A program made the translations under genes and the position numbers. A stretch of 64,000 bases of DNA from Auanema rhodensis (Eukaryota; Animalia; Nematoda), in contig OZ059897.1 in NCBI GenBank assembly GCA_964057225.1, positions 22,816,001-22,880,000 on the forward strand. Reading direction: 5' to 3'. The notes below the pieces were generated by a model. It did not search any database, was not told the DNA's origin, and worked only from the letters and a program-made list of their open reading frames with translations. Within the stretch, counting starts at the first letter, position 1, and the number at the start of each line of letters is the position of its first letter. Positions 58,083-64,000 of this stretch are shown in pieces.

Positions 58083-61000
58083 AATTAGCATAAATTAAAG
58101 TTCACGTAAATTTCAAAGTCATGGTTACCATGAACCAATATCAATGAAAATTTGTTTTTAGACTAATATGACATGGGGAATCTAATTTTGAAAACCGCAT
58201 CTCTTTATCTTACACATGAAGCGAGTTACATACCAAGTGCACATCACGTGTACATTTAATTAGCATAAATTAAAGTTCACGTAAATTTCAAAGTCATGGT
58301 TACCATGAAGCAATATCAATAAAAATTTGTTTTTAGACTAATATGGACATGGGGAATCTAATTTTGAAAACCGCATCTTTTTATCTTTCACGTGAAGCGA
58401 GTTACATACCAAGTGCACATCACGTGTACATTTAATTAGCATAAATTAAAGTTCACGTAAATTTCAAAGTCATGGTTACCATGAACCAATATCAATAAAA
58501 ATTTGTTTTTAGACTAATATGGACATGGGGAATCTAATTTTGAAAACCGCATCTCTTTATCTTTCACGTGAAGCGAGTTACATACCAAGTGCACATCACG
58601 TGTACATTTAATTAGCATAAATTAAAGTTCACGTAAATTTCAAAGTCATGGTTACCATGCACCAATATCAATAAAAATTTGTTTTTAGACTAATATGGAC
58701 ATGGGGAATCTAATTTTGAAAACCGCATCTCTTTATCTTTCACGTGAAGCGAGTTACATACCAAGTGCACATCACGTGTACATTTAATTAGCATAAATTA
58801 AAGTTCACGTAAATTTCAAAGTCATGGTTACCATGAACCAATATCAATAAAAATTTGTTTTTAAACTAATATGGACATGGGGAATCTAATTTTGAGAACC
58901 GCATCTCTTTATCTTTCACGTGAAGCGAGTTACATACCAAGTGCACATCACGTGTACATTTAATTAGCATAAATTAAAGTTCACGTAAATTTCAAAGTCA
59001 TGGTTACCATGCACCAATATCAATAAAAATTTGTTTTTAGACTAATATGGACATGGGGAATCTAATTTTGAAAACCGCATCTCTTTATCTTTCACGTGAA
59101 GCGAGTTACATACCAAGTGCACATCACGTGTACATTTAATTAGCATAAATTAAAGTTCACGTAAATTTCAAAGTCATGGTTACCATGAACCAATATCAAT
59201 AAAAATTTGTTTTTAGACTAATATGGACATGAGGAATCTAATTTTGAAAACCGCATCTCTTTATCTTTCACATGAAGCGAGTTACATACCAAGTGCACAT
59301 CACGTGTACATTTAATTAGCATAAATTAAAGTTCACGTAAATTTCAAAGTCATGGTTACCATGAAGCAATATCAATAAAAATTTGTTTTTAGACTAATAT
59401 GGACATGGGGAATCTAATTTTGAAAACCGCATCTTTTTATCTTTCACGTGAAGCGAGTTACATACCAAGTGCACATCACGTGTACATTTAATTAGCATAA
59501 ATTAAAGTTCACGTAAATTTCAAAGTCATGGTTACCATGAACCAATATCAATAAAAATTTGTTTTTAGACTAATATGGACATGGGGAATCTAATTTTGAA
59601 AACCGCATCTCTTTATCTTTCACGTGAAACGAGTTACATACCAAGTGCACATCACGTGTACATTTAATTAGCATAAATTAAAGTTCACGTAAATTTCAAA
59701 GTCATGGTTACCATGCACCAATATCAATAAAAATTTGTTTTTAGACTAATATGGACATGGGGAATCTAATTTTGAAAACCGCATCTCTTTATCTTTCACG
59801 TGAAGCGAGTTACATACCTAGTGCACATCACGTGTATATTTAATTAGCATAAATTAAAGTTCACGTAAATTTCAAAGTCATGGTTACCATGCACCAATAT
59901 CAATAAAAATTTGTTTTTAGACTAATATGGACATGGGGAATCTAATTTTGAAAACCGCATCTCTTTATCTTTCACGTGAAGCGAGTTACATACCTAGTGC
60001 ACATCACGTGTATATTTAATTAGCATAAATTAAAGTTCACGTAAATTTCAAAGTCATGGTTACCATGAAGCAATATCAATAAAAATTTGTTTTTAGACTA
60101 ATATGGACATGGGGAATCTAATTTTGAAAACCGCATCTCTTTATCTTTCACGTGAAGCGAGTTACATACCAAGTGCACATCACGTGTACATTTAATTAGC
60201 ATAAATTAAAGTTCACGTAAATTTCAAAGTCATGGTTACCATGAACCAATATCAATAAAAATTTGTTTTTAGACTAATATGGACATGAGGAATCTAATTT
60301 TGAAAACCGCATCTCTTTATCTTTCACATGAAGCGAGTTACATACCAAGTGCACATCACGTGTACATTTAATTAGCATAAATTAAAGTTCACGTAAATTT
60401 CAAAGTCATGGTTACCATGAAGCAATATCAATAAAAATTTGTTTTTAGACTAATATGGACATGGGGAATCTAATTTTGAAAACCGCATCTTTTTATCTTT
60501 CACGTGAAGCGAGTTACATACCAAGTGCACATCACGTGTACATTTAATTAGCATAAATTAAAGTTCACGTAAATTTCAAAGTCATGGTTACCATGAACCA
60601 ATATCAATAAAAATTTGTTTTTAGACTAATATGGACATGAGGAATCTAATTTTGAAAACCGCATCTCTTTATCTTTCACATGAAGCGAGTTACATACCAA
60701 GTGCACATCACGTGTACATTTAATTAGCATAAATTAAAGTTCACGTAAATTTCAAAGTCATGGTTACCATGAACCAATATCAATGAAAATTTGTTTTTAG
60801 ACTAATATGACATGGGGAATCTAATTTTGAAAACCGCATCTCTTTATCTTACACATGAAGCGAGTTACATACCAAGTGCACATCACGTGTACATTTAATT
60901 AGCATAAATTAAAGTTCACGTAAATTTCAAAGTCATGGTTACCATGAAGCAATATCAATAAAAATTTGTTTTTAGACTAATATGGACATGGGGAATCTAA

Positions 61001-63359
61001 TTTTGAAAACCGCATCTTTTTATCTTTCACGTGAAGCGAGTTACATACCAAGTGCACATCACGTGTACATTTAATTAGCATAAATTAAAGTTCACGTAAA
61101 TTTCAAAGTCATGGTTACCATGAACCAATATCAATAAAAATTTGTTTTTAGACTAATATGGACATGGGGAATCTAATTTTGAAAACCGCATCTCTTTATC
61201 TTTCACGTGAAGCGAGTTACATACCAAGTGCACATCACGTGTACATTTAATTAGCATAAATTAAAGTTCACGTAAATTTCAAAGTCATGGTTACCATGCA
61301 CCAATATCAATAAAAATTTGTTTTTAGACTAATATGGACATGGGGAATCTAATTTTGAAAACCGCATCTCTTTATCTTTCACGTGAAGCGAGTTACATAC
61401 CAAGTGCACATCACGTGTACATTTAATTAGCATAAATTAAAGTTCACGTAAATTTCAAAGTCATGGTTACCATGAACCAATATCAATAAAAATTTGTTTT
61501 TAAACTAATATGGACATGGGGAATCTAATTTTGAGAACCGCATCTCTTTATCTTTCACGTGAAGCGAGTTACATACCAAGTGCACATCACGTGTACATTT
61601 AATTAGCATAAATTAAAGTTCACGTAAATTTCAAAGTCATGGTTACCATGCACCAATATCAATAAAAATTTGTTTTTAGACTAATATGGACATGAGGAAT
61701 CTAATTTTGAAAACCGCATCTCTTTATCTTTCACATGAAGCGAGTTACATACCAAGTGCACATCACGTGTACATTTAATTAGCATAAATTAAAGTTCACG
61801 TAAATTTCAAAGTCATGGTTACCATGAAGCAATATCAATAAAAATTTGTTTTTAGACTAATATGGACATGGGGAATCTAATTTTGAAAACCGCATCTTTT
61901 TATCTTTCACGTGAAGCGAGTTACATACCAAGTGCACATCACGTGTACATTTAATTAGCATAAATTAAAGTTCACGTAAATTTCAAAGTCATGGTTACCA
62001 TGCACCAATATCAATAAAAATTTGTTTTTAGACTAATATGGACATGGGGAATCTAATTTTGAAAACCGCATCTCTTTATCTTTCACGTGAAGCGAGTTAC
62101 ATACCAAGTGCACATCACGTGTACATTTAATTAGCATAAATTAAAGTTCACGTAAATTTCAAAGTCATGGTTACCATGCACCAATATCAATAAAAATTTG
62201 TTTTTAGACTAATATGGACATGGGGAATCTAATTTTGAAAACCGCATCTCTTTATCTTTCACGTGAAGCGAGTTACATACCTAGTGCACATCACGTGTAT
62301 ATTTAATTAGCATAAATTAAAGTTCACGTAAATTTCAAAGTCATGGTTACCATGAAGCAATATCAATAAAAATTTGTTTTTAGACTAATATGGACATGGG
62401 GAATCTAATTTTGAAAACCGCATCTCTTTATCTTTCACGTGAAGCGAGTTACATACCAAGTGCACATCACGTGTACATTTAATTAGCATAAATTAAAGTT
62501 CACGTAAATTTCAAAGTCATGGTTACCATGAACCAATATCAATAAAAATTTGTTTTTAGACTAATATGGACATGAGGAATCTAATTTTGAAAACCGCATC
62601 TCTTTATCTTTCACATGAAGCGAGTTACATACCAAGTGCACATCACGTGTACATTTAATTAGCATAAATTAAAGTTCACGTAAATTTCAAAGTCATGGTT
62701 ACCATGAAGCAATATCAATAAAAATTTGTTTTTAGACTAATATGGACATGGGGAATCTAATTTTGAAAACCGCATCTTTTTATCTTTCACGTGAAGCGAG
62801 TTACATACCAAGTGCACATCACGTGTACATTTAATTAGCATAAATTAAAGTTCACGTAAATTTCAAAGTCATGGTTACCATGAACCAATATCAATAAAAA
62901 TTTGTTTTTAGACTAATATGGACATGGGGAATCTAATTTTGAAAACCGCATCTCTTTATCTTTCACGTGAAGCGAGTTACATACCAAGTGCACATCACGT
63001 GTACATTTAATTAGCATAAATTAAAGTTCACGTAAATTTCAAAGTCATGGTTACCATGCACCAATATCAATAAAAATTTGTTTTTAGACTAATATGGACA
63101 TGGGGAATCTAATTTTGAAAACCGCATCTCTTTATCTTTCACGTGAAGCGAGTTACATACCTAGTGCACATCACGTGTATATTTAATTAGCATGAATTAA
63201 AGTTCACGTAAATTTCAAAGTCATGGTTACCATGCACCAATATCAATAAAAATTTGTTTTTAGACTAATATGGACATGGGGAATCTAATTTTGAAAACCG
63301 CATCTCTTTATCTTTCACGTGAAGCGAGTTACATACCTAGTGCACATCACGTGTATATT
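58083..63359 (+). repeat. 15-monomer tandem duplication marked by a 175-bp deletion monomer (downstream end approximate)
   Basis: The monomer with CAATGAAAA, a 1-bp G deletion (ATATGAC) and TACACATG lies at ~58170 and ~60809, a difference of 2639 = 15 x 176 - 1. The TAAAC+GAGAACC monomer also repeats (58864, 61503). Confidence 0.85.
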
Positions 63360-64000
63360 TAATTAGCATAAATTAAAGTTCACGTAAATTTCAAAGTCAT
63401 GGTTACCATGAAGCAATATCAATAAAAATTTGTTTTTAGACTAATATGGACATGGGGAATCTAATTTTGAAAACCGCATCTCTTTATCTTTCACATGAAG
63501 CGAGTTACATACCAAGTGCACATCACGTGTACATTTAATTAGCATAAATTAAAGTTCACGTAAATTTCAAAGTCATGGTTACCATGCACCAATATCAATA
63601 AAAATTTGTTTTTAGACTAATATGGACATGGGGAATCTAATTTTGAAAACCGCATCTCTTTATCTTTCACGTGAAGCGAGTTACATACCTAGTGCACATC
63701 ACGTGTACATTTAATTAGCATAAATTAAAGTTCACGTAAATTTCAAAGTCATGGTTACCATGAACCAATATCAATAAAAATTTGTTTTTAGACTAATATG
63801 GACATGGGGAATCTAATTTTGAAAACCGCATCTCTTTATCTTTCACGTGAAGCGAGTTACATACCAAGTGCACATCACGTGTACATTTAATTAGCATAAA
63901 TTAAAGTTCACGTAAATTTCAAAGTCATGGTTACCATGCACCAATATCAATGAAAATTTGTTTTTAGACTAATATGGACATGGGGAATCTAATTTTGAAA

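Larger units (their letters stand above)
1..64000. repeat. Tandem satellite DNA array, 176-bp monomer, ~363.6 copies, probably centromeric/pericentromeric
   Basis: TAATTAGCAT recurs at 1, 177, 353 and onward. Printed lines at 2641, 5281, 7921 etc. (every 15 x 176) start with the same sequence. The last monomer starts at 63888, consistent with a net -1 bp from three indels. No non-repeat sequence was seen and the array runs off both window ends. The repeat is seen directly; the centromeric role is inferred. Confidence 0.99.

Noticed and set aside
1-64000. CRISPR array (palindromic repeats at regular spacing)
   Set aside because: There are no unique spacers, the entire 176 bp is repeated, and no cas genes or leader are present.
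1-64000. Embedded transposon, inversion or telomeric repeat
   Set aside because: Monomer phase is continuous across the window apart from three 1-bp indels, which leaves no room for an insertion, and no strand switch was seen.
1-64000. Synthetic concatemer or collapsed-assembly artefact
   Set aside because: Hierarchical, position-specific variants with private mutations in duplicated blocks are what natural satellite evolution produces. Individual duplications still merit read-level checks.

Overview
The whole 64 kb window is one uninterrupted head-to-tail tandem satellite array. It holds 363 full copies of a 176-bp monomer plus a 113-bp partial copy, about 68% A+T, all in one orientation. 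Consensus: TAATTAGCATAAATTAAAGTTCACGTAAATTTCAAAGTCATGGTTACCATG(A/C)ACCAATATCAATAAAAATTTGTTTTTAGACTAATATGGACATGGGGAATCTAATTTTGAAAACCGCATCTCTTTATCTTTCACGTGAAGCGAGTTACATACCAAGTGCACATCACGTGTACATT. Copies usually differ from consensus at 0-3 positions, and monomer phasing shifts at only three 1-bp indels. I found no genes, RNA genes, transposon insertions, inversions or CRISPR spacers. The single ORF is a by-product of a 2-bp substitution that removes a stop codon in one monomer. Nucleosome-sized length, AT richness, near-identity and dyad content fit a eukaryotic centromeric or pericentromeric satellite. That is an inference, and I do not recognise the family or organism. Two things are notable. 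First, the monomer carries a CENP-B-box-like 17-mer centred on a perfect TTCACGTGAA palindrome, three TCACGT motifs spaced 32-33 bp apart, and several dyads. Second, rare variants expose a layered, variable-period higher-order structure, with duplications at offsets of 1, 3, 4, 5, 8, 12, 15, 17, 19, 21, 23, 24, 70 and 83 monomers. All variant calls were read by eye and need confirming by alignment.
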